64,000 nucleotides of DNA. Source: an uncultured Lachnospiraceae bacterium. Its GTDB lineage: Bacteria > Bacillota > Clostridia > Lachnospirales > Lachnospiraceae. The notes below the pieces were generated by a model. That model was not told the DNA's origin. It was given only the letters and a program-made list of their open reading frames with translations, and did not search any database. The DNA is taken from the NCBI GenBank assembly GCA_949471785.1, contig CASWRE010000005.1, positions 13,342-77,341 of the forward strand, in the 5' to 3' direction. The translations under genes and the position numbers were made by a program. Every line of letters begins with the position of its first letter. Position 1 is the stretch's first letter. Shown here one piece after another: positions 9,641 through 18,729 of this stretch.

Positions 9641-10192
9641 TTATAAGTTCAGTCCCTGAAAATCGATCCACAGGTTATCATAAATGCCGGTCTTGATTTT
9701 AGCGTGGAACGTGTAAGTGTCCATCTGAAAATCAGCCTGTTCCAGATGATAGACAATCACTCTTTCCGTGCGGGGATCTACAATCCAATATTCCCGGACG
9801 CCTGAATTTGCGTACAAATTCAGCTTGCGTATATAGTCATGGCCGGGATTGCCGGGAGAAACGATTTCAATGATCCAGTCGGGGGCTCCGTGGCAGCCTT
9901 TGTCGTCCAGTTTGGATGGATCGCAGATCACGGAGATATCGGGTTCTACATAGGTGGCGTCGTCCCTGTTTAAAAATACGGCGAAGGGAGCCGGGAATAC
10001 TTCACAATTACCGTTGCTGTCCTGAATGTAATTTCCGATTTTCCAGTCGAAGAAATGTACCAGTCTCTGATGCACGGTGTTGGGCGGGGCCATGGCGTAG
10101 ATCCGGCCGTCGATCAGTTCCGCCCGCTCGCCGTCCGGCAGGGCGTAGATATCTTCTAGCGTGTAAAATGCTTCCTTTTTCCATGCGTTCAT
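9641..10192 (-). CDS. Uma2 family (DUF820) PD-(D/E)XK-type endonuclease
   Basis: 183 aa. Typical Uma2 pattern: ELIDGRIYAMAPPNTVHQRL, YVEPDISVIC, PDWIIEIVSPG, KLNLYANSGVREYWIVDP. Confidence 0.85.
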   Translation of the reverse strand: MNAWKKEAFYTLEDIYALPDGERAELIDGRIYAMAPPNTVHQRLVHFFDWKIGNYIQDSNGNCEVFPAPFAVFLNRDDATYVEPDISVICDPSKLDDKGCHGAPDWIIEIVSPGNPGHDYIRKLNLYANSGVREYWIVDPRTERVIVYHLEQADFQMDTYTFHAKIKTGIYDNLWIDFQGLNL

Positions 10193-10604
10193 TTTTTCTG
10201 TACCTCCTCATAGACAGGCGCAGGGCCTTCTTTGACCATATGGACGGTGACGCCGGTTTCTTGTTTAACCAGTATATTCGATTTCACGGGAAACGTCAAC
10301 CGGGGTGTAACCGGGGATTTTTTGGACAGATGTAGCAGTTCGTTATTCTATAGTGAACGACAAAAATTTTTGTTTTTGTCGTTCACTTGTGCCGATTTTG
10401 GCTGCGTGAAACGCAGCATCTTTCTTACAAAATCGTGTGCATCCCCCGGAGGGGATATAGTAAGCGGCAAATTATTTTGTCGCTTACTATATATACAAAT
10501 ATATAACCGCCCCGATGCAGATTCGATGCAAATTAGATTAAAAAAAGAAATAAAGCAGTATTACAATACAATCCGGACGAAAGAGAAAGGGGAGGCTGTA
10601 AGGC

Positions 10605-12461
10605 ATGTGCGGTATTTGCGGTTTTGTAGGGGCACAGAGGGGGAAAAGGGAGGACATATTGGAAGAAATGATGGAGGCCATCCGGCACAGGGGGCCTGAC
10701 GACGGAGGGAGCCGGATAAAAGGCGACGCGGCCCTGGGGTTTCGGCGGCTCTCCATCATTGACCTGGAAAACGGTGCGCAGCCCATGGAAAATGAGGCCG
10801 GGGATAAGGCGCTGGTCTTTAACGGGGAGATCTATAATTACCGGGCGCTCCGTAAGGAGCTTGCGGAGGCAGGGCATGTATTTGCCACGTATTCCGATAC
10901 GGAGGTCCTGATCCACGGCTATGAGGAGTGGGGAGAACAGATGCTGGGCCGCCTGCGGGGGATGTTTGCTTTTGTGATCTGGGATGAGGGAAAGAAGGAA
11001 CTGTTCGCGGCCAGGGATTTTTTCGGTATTAAGCCGCTGCATTATGCCATGATCGGAGGGAATTTTGTGTTTGCTTCCGAGATAAAAAGTATCCTGCGGT
11101 TTCCCGGCTGTGGGAAACGGCTGAATGAGGAGGCCCTGGAACAGTATCTTTCCTTTCAGTATTCGGTTTTGGAGGAAACGTTTTTTAAGGGGATTTACAG
11201 GCTGCAGCCGGGAAGTTTCCTGCGCTGGCGGGTGGGGGAGGACGCGCCGGAGATCTGGAGTTATTTTGAACCGTCCCTGGCGGCCCCGTGGGAAAAAAGC
11301 GAGGAGGAGTGGACGGAGGCTGTAGACCGGGCCATAAAGGGTTCCGCAGAGGCCCATAGTATTGCGGATGTGGAGATCGGCGTATTCCTGTCCGGCGGTG
11401 TGGATTCCGGGCTGATTGCCTCGGAATTTGAGGGGAAGAAGGCCTATACCGTGGGTTTTGGGCAGGAGGGCGGAAAATACAATGAGATATCCTGGGCTCG
11501 CCGGACGGCCGGAGAATGCCATCTGGAGCATCGGGGACGGCAGATCCGGGAGGAGGAATTCTGGGAGGCTGTGCCAGAGGTTCTTTACTATATGGATGAG
11601 CCTCTGGGGGATGCTTCCGCAGTGGCTCTGTATTTTCTGGCAGGGGAAGCGTCGAAGGATGTGAAGGTGGTGGTCTCCGGCGAGGGCGCCGATGAACTGT
11701 TCGGCGGCTATCGCATCTATTGCGAGCCGGAGGCGCTGCGTCTCTATCAGCGCCTCCCCCTGAAGCTGCGGAAGATCCTGGCCCGGCTGGCGGGGCATCT
11801 GCCCAACTGGAAGGGAAAGCATTTTCTGATCCGGGGAAGCAAGTCTGTGGAGGAGCGGTTCATCGGCAACGCGAATATCTTTTCCTATAAAGAGCGGAGG
11901 GAACTTTTGCGCGTGCCGACGGCGGCTCCGGGCCCCGGGAATCTTCTGGGAATGGATTACGGGCGTTCCCGGGGGATGCCGGACGCGGACAGGATGCAGG
12001 ATATTGACCTGCGCTACTGGCTGCCGGGGGATATCCTTCAGAAAGCGGACCGCATGAGCATGGCCAATTCTCTGGAAGTGCGGGTGCCTTTTCTGGATCG
12101 GGAGGGAGTCTTTGCCCTGGCCCGCCGTCTGCCCTCCGATATGAAACAGAAAGACGGCACGACGAAATATATCCTGCGGAAAGCGGCGTCGCGTCATCTG
12201 GATCTTGCTACCAGCGGCCGGCCGAAACTGGGTTTTCCCGTGCCGATCTGCCACTGGATGCGCTCTAAGGAAGGGGAAAAGCGGCTGCGGGAGGCTTTTG
12301 GGGGAGAGGCGTCGCGCCTGTATTTCCGGCAGGAAAAGCTGGAGGGGCTTCTGGAGGAGCATTTGCTGAAACGCCGCGATAATAGCCGAAAGCTGTGGGT
12401 CGTGTTTTGCTTTTGCGTGTGGTATGAAATTTATTTTTGCGGTGGGGAGGTTTATAAATAA
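10605..12461 (+). CDS. asnB: Asparagine synthase (glutamine-hydrolysing)
   Basis: N-terminal MCGICGF (Cys2 nucleophile), GPDDGG, RLSIIDL; synthetase domain SGGVDSGLIA pyrophosphatase loop. 618 aa. Confidence 0.93.
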   Translation: MCGICGFVGAQRGKREDILEEMMEAIRHRGPDDGGSRIKGDAALGFRRLSIIDLENGAQPMENEAGDKALVFNGEIYNYRALRKELAEAGHVFATYSDTEVLIHGYEEWGEQMLGRLRGMFAFVIWDEGKKELFAARDFFGIKPLHYAMIGGNFVFASEIKSILRFPGCGKRLNEEALEQYLSFQYSVLEETFFKGIYRLQPGSFLRWRVGEDAPEIWSYFEPSLAAPWEKSEEEWTEAVDRAIKGSAEAHSIADVEIGVFLSGGVDSGLIASEFEGKKAYTVGFGQEGGKYNEISWARRTAGECHLEHRGRQIREEEFWEAVPEVLYYMDEPLGDASAVALYFLAGEASKDVKVVVSGEGADELFGGYRIYCEPEALRLYQRLPLKLRKILARLAGHLPNWKGKHFLIRGSKSVEERFIGNANIFSYKERRELLRVPTAAPGPGNLLGMDYGRSRGMPDADRMQDIDLRYWLPGDILQKADRMSMANSLEVRVPFLDREGVFALARRLPSDMKQKDGTTKYILRKAASRHLDLATSGRPKLGFPVPICHWMRSKEGEKRLREAFGGEASRLYFRQEKLEGLLEEHLLKRRDNSRKLWVVFCFCVWYEIYFCGGEVYK

Positions 12462-12539
12462 AGAAAATACTTACCTTTTGGTTTATAAGGTATATAATTA
12501 AAAATGCCAATGGGCTCGGGCCGGAAAAAGAAAAAAGGG

Positions 12540-12571
12540 TTGACATTCCATTTGGTTAGTGCTACTATAAT
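12540..12571 (+). promoter_or_regulatory. Putative sigma-A promoter for the riboswitch RNA
   Basis: TTGACA at 12540-12545. The -10 candidates are TACTAT (17-nt spacer) and TATAAT (20-nt spacer). Confidence 0.4.
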
Positions 12572-12594
12572 ATCCGTATTATTCCATATTACCA

Positions 12595-12800
12595 ATTCAA
12601 GTGCTTCTGGCGAAAGCCAGTTGGAAGAGGGAATCAGGTCAGAATCCTGAACGATCCGGTCACTGTATTTAGGGAGCGAGACTCAATATTCCATTGTATG
12701 TCCTCAACGTATGAGAAGGAGAGTCAAGCGATGATCTATAAGTCAGGAAACCTGCTTGAGTTGTGAGGTTGAGACTTCCGAGTAAAGTTGAACAGCTATC
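12595..12800 (+). promoter_or_regulatory. Cobalamin (B12) riboswitch aptamer
   Basis: Core AGAGGGAATCAGGTCAGAATCCTGAACGATCCGGTCACTGTA resembles the AGGGAA..GGTG..AATCC...CCCGC.ACTGTA consensus. CCATTG...GAGAAGGA element is present. B12 box TAAGTCAGGAAACCTGC. Confidence 0.7.
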
Positions 12801-12821
12801 CGGTGTGAGAACAGGTAAGAT

Positions 12822-12848
12822 GTCTGCTTTATTCAAGCAGACTTTTTT
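12822..12848 (+). terminator. Intrinsic terminator (riboswitch expression platform)
   Basis: gtctgctt / tattc / aagcagac, followed by tttttt. Confidence 0.75.
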
Positions 12849-13504
12849 GTGGTTATACATCCGGAAGAATCTGCCGCGCCGAAGGAGCATCTTGTGTGAC
12901 GGCGGGTTCGTAGGTGGAATATCATAGAGATGGTATTTACTTGGCCAGTAACCTTGAATACGGAATAAGTGATTAAACGGCTGGGTGAATACTCCGGCAG
13001 GACGGTTTTTCTAATTCCATCGTTTTTCCTCCGCAACGAAAATGATGTTATTTCCTCTACATGAAAACCGCGCGTGCCGGGGTAGGCGTCCTCCCTGATC
13101 TGTAAGTTCTTTCGGCGGGTTCTCGCCTTTATGGAGTACTCTGTATTCCCTTATGTCTTTTGCTTTCCCCGGCTATATACAGCGCCACGTTGTTTTGTTT
13201 AGATGCAAGCACAAGTACTTGGGCATTGTTTCCTTTCTGCTGTCTCCCATAGAAATAAAATCCTCCCGTTGATTTTAGAACATTTGTTTTGTATAGTATT
13301 TATAAGGTGGTGGACTGCAGCAGAGATAAAGTCTGTCATTTACAAGATTGTTTAGAAGCATAACTCAATTCTCCTTTCCGACTTTTTGTAATTCTTTTAA
13401 TAAAAGGAATTGTTTCCCATCACTAATAGGAGAAACGGATATGGCAAATCGGAACTGTAATGTGTATAAAGGCCGGGCAAACGGTAGAAAGGCTGATTTG
13501 ACAA

Positions 13505-14521
13505 ATGAAGAATAATGAAATGGTGGAATTGGGAAATATCCTTATCTACCAGACAGAAAAAGGCGATACCAAAATTGACGTGTTTTTCCAGAATGGCGAC
13601 ATCTGGATGAATCAGTCAGCTATTGCCAGACTATATAATACGACTCCACAGAACATCACTATGCATATCCGCAATATTTATGCTGATGGTGAACTGTACG
13701 AAACTTCAACTTGTAAAGATTTCTTACAAGTTCAAACAGAGGGAAAAAGGCAGATTAAACGGAAGAAAAAGCATTACAATTTTAAAATGATTCTTGCCGT
13801 TGGCTACCGTGTCCGTTCCAATGTGGGAATGCATTTTCGGAACTGGGCTTCTGCCATCTTAGAAGAATATTCCCGCAAGGGATTTTCCATGAATGACGAA
13901 CGCCTGAAAAATCCCAAGCCGTTTGGCGAAGATTATTTTGACGAATTGTTAGAGCGCATCCGCGAAATCAGGGCGTCGGAAAAGCGGTTTTACCAAAAAA
14001 TTTGCGACATATACAAAACATCTGTTGATTATTCCAGCAATGATAAAGATGCAGAATTATTGTTTAAAACTGTTCAGAGTAAAATACATTACGGAGTACA
14101 TGGGAATACCGCGGCAGAAGTCATTATGCAGAGGGCGGACGCCACGAAAGACAATATGGGGCTGACTGCTTTTGAGGGTGCGAAAGTCCGAAAAAAAGAT
14201 GTGGATATTGCAAAAAACTATCTCAATGCGGATGAAATGCAGGAATTAAACAGGGTGGTAACGATGTACCTGGACTTCGCGGAAGACCAGGCGCGAAGGC
14301 ATAACCCTATGTATATGAAAGATTGGGAAACTTACCTCAATAATTTCCTGAATATGACAGGACGGGAAGTGCTGTCTGGAGCTGGGCACATTTCTGCAAA
14401 ACAGGCAAAGGCACATGCCTATAAACAATATGAGCTTTATGACGAGAACCGAAAAAGAATAGAAAAAAATGAGGTTGATATGTTGATTGAGGAAACAGAA
14501 CAAATAAAACAGGAAAAGTGA
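13505..14521 (+). CDS. Virulence RhuM family protein
   Basis: 338 aa. ILIYQTEKGDTKIDVFFQNGDIWMNQSAIARLYNTTPQNITMHIRNIY... and ILAVGYRVRSNVGMHFRNWA are the characteristic RhuM N-terminal and core pattern. The gene is visibly AT-rich. Confidence 0.85.
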   Translation: MKNNEMVELGNILIYQTEKGDTKIDVFFQNGDIWMNQSAIARLYNTTPQNITMHIRNIYADGELYETSTCKDFLQVQTEGKRQIKRKKKHYNFKMILAVGYRVRSNVGMHFRNWASAILEEYSRKGFSMNDERLKNPKPFGEDYFDELLERIREIRASEKRFYQKICDIYKTSVDYSSNDKDAELLFKTVQSKIHYGVHGNTAAEVIMQRADATKDNMGLTAFEGAKVRKKDVDIAKNYLNADEMQELNRVVTMYLDFAEDQARRHNPMYMKDWETYLNNFLNMTGREVLSGAGHISAKQAKAHAYKQYELYDENRKRIEKNEVDMLIEETEQIKQEK

Positions 14522-14645
14522 TTACTGAATGTATCCTTAAATATTAGATAATTCTATTTGAAAAGTTTTTGATAGTGAAACCAGAAACAGTTCCGATTTC
14601 CCCGGCCAAAATCTCCTATTAGTGAACGGCAAGAAACATCTTTCA

Positions 14646-14672
14646 GGCAGAGCCACACGCTCTGTCTTTTTT
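14646..14672 (+). terminator. Intrinsic terminator after the RhuM gene
   Basis: ggcagagc / cacac / gctctgtc, followed by a T-run. Confidence 0.6.
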
Positions 14673-14769
14673 CTTGTTTCAAAATCAAAATAACGTAGCG
14701 GAAGTGGCATATCTATGTTAGAATGGGATCGTATAGATGTACTGATTGTTGAACGGGGATTTGCTTTCA

Positions 14770-15324
14770 CGCGATGACGAATCAGGGGGAGTTTTAGTTT
14801 GCTGGGCGACAGTCAGACAGAACAGAATAGTTGAAAAAAGCTGTTGGGATGATAAACTTTTAGACAGGGTGATTCCCGGGCATTGTTTTCGGAATTTGCC
14901 ATAGCGGGAGACGAGAGCTTTGAGGCGCATCTGAACCGCTACAATACAATTTTTTTGAATATGCAGGATGCCCATGCCAGCAGCAAATGCCCTTTGCGAC
15001 CGCTATGGTATGGACCGGGAAAGTTTGAAATGCTGGTATGACGGTTATTCTTTTGAGGAGGCGCCGTCCATATATAACCCCCGGTCGGTGGTAAGCTGTA
15101 TGAGATTCGGAAAAATAGGCAATTACTGGAATCAGACGGCGCCCGTGAATATGGAGAGTTTTTCGAATGATATGGTTACTTTCCGGACAGAGGATGATGT
15201 GCTGACCTTTCTGATTCATCTGGGGTATCTGGGTTACAGCTATGCCAATAAAACGGTGTTCATTCCTAATAACGAAGTGCGGGCAATCTGGCAGGGATGT
15301 GGCGACTGGGAGGCAGGGCGATGA
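14770..15324 (+). pseudogene. Degraded AAA-ATPase-like/PD-(D/E)XK (PF09820/PF08011-type) gene remnant
   Basis: Pieces lie in different frames: RQNRIVEKS (decayed RRFGKS P-loop), LFSEFAIAGDESFEAHLNRYNTIFLNMQD, then LCDRYGMDRESLKCWYDGYSF..IYNPRSVVSCM..YWNQT..FLIHLGYLGY..VFIPNNEVR. A large internal part is missing and the C-terminus ends abruptly at the next gene. Confidence 0.6.
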
Positions 15325-16301
15325 AACGCATTTCTCTGGAAGAACTGCTGTATACCCGCAGGGGACAGCCCTACGGAGAGCAGCATCGGTACATTATGGA
15401 ACTTATCGGGCAGGGCAGGGTCAGGCCGGTAAAGGCCGCGGGCACGAACGGGAAAAGTCCGGCGCTGCATCTGTCCTACTGGCTTTTAGAGGAAAAGCCG
15501 GACTACAGTGCCTGGGAGGAGGAGCTTACGTACCGGCTCCATCCGAAGATCGGCGTGGACTATTATCTGGCCCACCCGGAACAGTACGGGAAGGACCGGG
15601 ATGATGTGCTGGCCCTTGACCGGTATCTGCGGGAGGATGCCGCCCTTTTGGACTACCCGGAGTCCGTCAATGAGCGGAGCTTTGAGATCTGGAACCGGGA
15701 AAAGTTTCTCGCCAGGGGGCCGGGAAAAACCATTCTCAAACGCTGCGGGCTGGAGCCGGAGGCGTTGTGCTTCTATGAAACGGAGGAACCCCTGGCCTAT
15801 TATACCCGTACCCGGGAAACGCCCCAGGAGCTTTTGATCCTGGAAAATAAGGACACTTTTTTTAGTATGCGGAAACACATGCTGGCGGGAAATGCGCGGA
15901 TTTTCGGCCGGACAATTGGGACGCTGATCTATGGGGCGGGCAAACGGATTCTGCGCTCGTTTCGGGATTTCGGCCTCTGTGCGGAGCCCTACATGGCGGA
16001 AGGAGGGAACACACTTTCCTACTTTGGCGATCTGGATTACGAGGGTATCGGCATTTATGAACAGCTCTCGGAGGGCTTTCGGGAGCGTTTTTTGATTGTG
16101 CCCTTCGTCCCGGCTTATGAGGCCATGCTGTGCAAAGCAGACCGGGTAGTCCGGCTTCCCGATACCAGCGAGGGGCAGAACAGAAAAATTTCCGGCGAGT
16201 TTTTTTCTCATTTCAGTGCGGAACAGATCCGGCGGATGGAGGTTATTCTGGAGGCGGGGCGGTACATCCCTCAGGAGATTGTGAATCTTTCGGATTTTTG
16301 A
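15321..16301 (+). CDS. jetD: JetD/MksG-like Toprim (DUF2220-type) nuclease component
   Basis: The ATG at 15321 follows GGGAGG. Toprim-type acidic motifs LILENKDTFF and YFGDLDYEGIGIY. About 326 aa. Confidence 0.7.
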   Translation: MKRISLEELLYTRRGQPYGEQHRYIMELIGQGRVRPVKAAGTNGKSPALHLSYWLLEEKPDYSAWEEELTYRLHPKIGVDYYLAHPEQYGKDRDDVLALDRYLREDAALLDYPESVNERSFEIWNREKFLARGPGKTILKRCGLEPEALCFYETEEPLAYYTRTRETPQELLILENKDTFFSMRKHMLAGNARIFGRTIGTLIYGAGKRILRSFRDFGLCAEPYMAEGGNTLSYFGDLDYEGIGIYEQLSEGFRERFLIVPFVPAYEAMLCKADRVVRLPDTSEGQNRKISGEFFSHFSAEQIRRMEVILEAGRYIPQEIVNLSDF

Positions 16302-16336
16302 AGTGGATTTTTATTACGGAAAAAGAGGACGTCAAA

Positions 16337-17950
16337 ATGCAGTATGAATTTCTCCGGCAGTTTCCCCGGCGGATGAAGCATGTGGGGATGTATGCCCTTC
16401 TGATTGCGAACAGCATCCAGAAAACCACCTGGAAACAGTACGGTTTTGTGAAAGCGGACGAGCAGATCAACCTTCTTTTTGCCGTGCTTTTATATATTAT
16501 GGAGCAGTCGCTGAAAGCGGAGGCCTGCACCATGGACGATATCGGCGCATGTATCGACAATATGAACGGGCAGCATTTTAAGAAAAAGCTGACCTATGAC
16601 GAATGCCGGCAGCTGGGGGACTTTATTGTCAATGTGGTTCTTTCCAACGAGGGGAAGGCCATGTATTTTGATGGGTTTGATTTTGAACAGAACGCCTATC
16701 ATATCATGCATGTGAGCTATGTGGCTAACAAGATTGTATATGTGGATCACGAGCTGCGGCGCACGTCCTATTATCTGACGGACGACGGGTATAATCTGCT
16801 TCTGTCCACCCTGGAAATCGAGAATAATATGAAGCTGACGGTCCACGAGATGATTTTTCAGATGCATCTGGAGAAACAGAGTTACGACAAGGCCGTGGAC
16901 GAGATCAAGAACATTTTCAATATGCTGCGGATCCAGCTGCAGAAAATCCAGGAGGCCGTGGGCCGGATCCGGCGCAATGCCCTGAATTATTCTGTGAAGG
17001 ATTATGAGGAGATTCTTCTGGAAAACCTGGACGCCATCAGCGATACCAAACGGAAATTCCAGGATTACCGGGAAATGGTGAAGGGGCGCGCCCGGGAGCT
17101 GGAGGAGGAGAATATCAACGTGCGGCGGCTCAGTAAAAAAGAGGAGGAAAAGCTTGCCCATCTGCGGGAGATTGAACAGTATTTAAACCGCACCATTGAC
17201 GAGCACCAGCGGATACTGAACAGCCATTTTGACCTGAAAGAGGTATATACGAAAGAATTGGAGGCTCTGGCGCAGATGTCGCTGATCAAACGGTTTTCTC
17301 TGCGTACGGAGTTGTATGATAAGCTGCTTTCGCGTCCGGAATCTCTGGGGGATCTGGATTATTTTCTGCGCCCTCTGTTTAACCGCGATATAGAAAAATC
17401 TTACAATATTAATAAGTCCATGGAGCTGCAGAGGCCGGTGCGGAAAAAAGAAGAGGCGGATTTCGCGGAGGAGCTGGATTTTGACGGGGAGGAATGGCAG
17501 AAGGAGCAGGAGCGGCGGCGGCGCGAAAAGCTGGGCCGCTATGAGGCCTGTCTGGGCTATCTGCTGGGGCAGGCCTGCGAAAAAGGGGAGATTTCCCTGG
17601 GCGAGCTGCGGGAAAAGAGCGGGACAGAGCGGCTGATCCCCAATGTGGAGGTTTTCAAGGAGATTATGGTGGAGCTGATCAAGTGCCAGGCCATGGATAT
17701 GGCGGCCCTTAAAAAGGAGCGCAGCGAATTCATCCAGGACGGTCCGGCGGAGTTCCAGCTCCATGAGATGGCGCTGCGCCTGGTGGAGGAAAACCCGCGG
17801 ATGGCTGGCGTCACGCGGATCGAAACGTACCGGCTGCCCGGGAGGGAACCGGTGGTATTCGAAAATGTGGTAAACGAGAAGGGCGAGAAAAAGAGTATCC
17901 GGTGTTCGGACGTGGCGGTGCGGGTGATACGGGATGGGACGTCATTTTGA
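16337..17950 (+). CDS. Hypothetical protein in the JetA/MksF (kleisin-like) position of the cassette
   Basis: The ATG at 16337 follows AAGAGGA. 537 aa, strongly helical and charged, with a long coiled-coil-like centre. The assignment rests only on size, composition and position next to the JetD-, JetB- and JetC-like genes. Confidence 0.45.
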   Translation: MQYEFLRQFPRRMKHVGMYALLIANSIQKTTWKQYGFVKADEQINLLFAVLLYIMEQSLKAEACTMDDIGACIDNMNGQHFKKKLTYDECRQLGDFIVNVVLSNEGKAMYFDGFDFEQNAYHIMHVSYVANKIVYVDHELRRTSYYLTDDGYNLLLSTLEIENNMKLTVHEMIFQMHLEKQSYDKAVDEIKNIFNMLRIQLQKIQEAVGRIRRNALNYSVKDYEEILLENLDAISDTKRKFQDYREMVKGRARELEEENINVRRLSKKEEEKLAHLREIEQYLNRTIDEHQRILNSHFDLKEVYTKELEALAQMSLIKRFSLRTELYDKLLSRPESLGDLDYFLRPLFNRDIEKSYNINKSMELQRPVRKKEEADFAEELDFDGEEWQKEQERRRREKLGRYEACLGYLLGQACEKGEISLGELREKSGTERLIPNVEVFKEIMVELIKCQAMDMAALKKERSEFIQDGPAEFQLHEMALRLVEENPRMAGVTRIETYRLPGREPVVFENVVNEKGEKKSIRCSDVAVRVIRDGTSF

Positions 17951-18015
17951 TAAGCCCGGACGCGGCAGCGTCTGGAGTTGTCAAAGTGACATTAGATACA
18001 GGAGGAATATGGGGT

Positions 18016-18729
18016 ATGGCATACGAAATGGGAGAGGTGAGGCTCAGCCAGGAGATTTTCTATTATCTGCTGGAAAACCATGAGCTCAGGGAGGACGGGG
18101 AAAATGCTCTCTACCGGGCTTATACGGAGCGGGAGGAGATCCAGAACCTGGTGAAATCCCAGGGGGAAATCGCCGGGAGCACGGTAGAGCGTTACGGGAA
18201 TGTGATCTATCTGATCCCCAAAGAAGAAAATAATTTCCTGGGTTTTTCCAAGGCCCAGTTAAAGGCGGCCCTGTGCAGATCGGGGGCTACCGACAGGGAT
18301 TATTATCTATCCCAATTTGTGGTGCTGACTCTCTTGGTGGAGTTTTTTGACGGCCAGGGGAGCAGCAGCAAGACCCGGGAATATATTCGCGTCGGCGAGC
18401 TGCAAAACTGCATTTCGGAACGGCTTAAGGAGGGGGCGCAGAATACCCCGGAGGAGCAGGAGGAGGGCGGGATCGCCTTTTCCGATATCCTGCAGGCTTA
18501 CGAGGCGCTGCGTTCCGACGACAGGGGTTCCCGGGCCCGCACCACGAAGGAGGGTTTTCTTCACCAGATCCTGGTCTTTTTGCAGAAGCAGGGGCTGGTG
18601 GAGTATGTGGAACAGGACGAGATGGTGAAAACCACTAAGAAACTGGACAATTTTATGGACTGGAATTTGCTAAATCAGAACAACTACCGCCGGGTGCGGC
18701 GGGTACTGGGGGTGGCGGAGGATGAGTAA
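18016..18729 (+). CDS. Hypothetical protein in the JetB/MksE position of the cassette
   Basis: The ATG at 18016 lies 10 nt after GGAGG. 237 aa and acidic. Its stop overlaps the start of the SMC-like gene by 8 nt. The assignment rests on size and position. Confidence 0.45.
   Translation: MAYEMGEVRLSQEIFYYLLENHELREDGENALYRAYTEREEIQNLVKSQGEIAGSTVERYGNVIYLIPKEENNFLGFSKAQLKAALCRSGATDRDYYLSQFVVLTLLVEFFDGQGSSSKTREYIRVGELQNCISERLKEGAQNTPEEQEEGGIAFSDILQAYEALRSDDRGSRARTTKEGFLHQILVFLQKQGLVEYVEQDEMVKTTKKLDNFMDWNLLNQNNYRRVRRVLGVAEDE

Noticed and set aside
8109-9671. Long antisense ORF (520 aa, minus strand) opposite the isomerase-like gene. Similar long ORFs occur at 10533..12362 (-), 20150..22900 (-), 25236..28007 (-), 43929..45155 (-) and 57396..59615 (-).
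   Set aside because: All lie antisense to genes with strong family motifs (asnB, SMC-like, valS, aminotransferase, GH42). Their translations are Arg/Pro/Gly/His-rich low-complexity strings with no motifs. They are typical shadow ORFs of GC-rich coding DNA.
10232-10699. 155-aa plus-strand ORF spanning the asnB leader, and a 63-aa ORF at 31643..31834 upstream of spoIIAA.
   Set aside because: Neither has an RBS or recognisable motifs. The first runs into the asnB start in another frame, and the second overlaps the spoIIAA start. Both are most likely non-coding leader or promoter DNA.
12850-13440. Possible decayed integrase or recombinase on the minus strand of the gap after the riboswitch (short ORFs such as MRRKNDGIRKTVLPEYSPSRL...).
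   Set aside because: I read all three minus-strand frames by eye. They hold only short fragments interrupted by stops, and none resembles tyrosine or serine recombinase motifs. No call can be supported.
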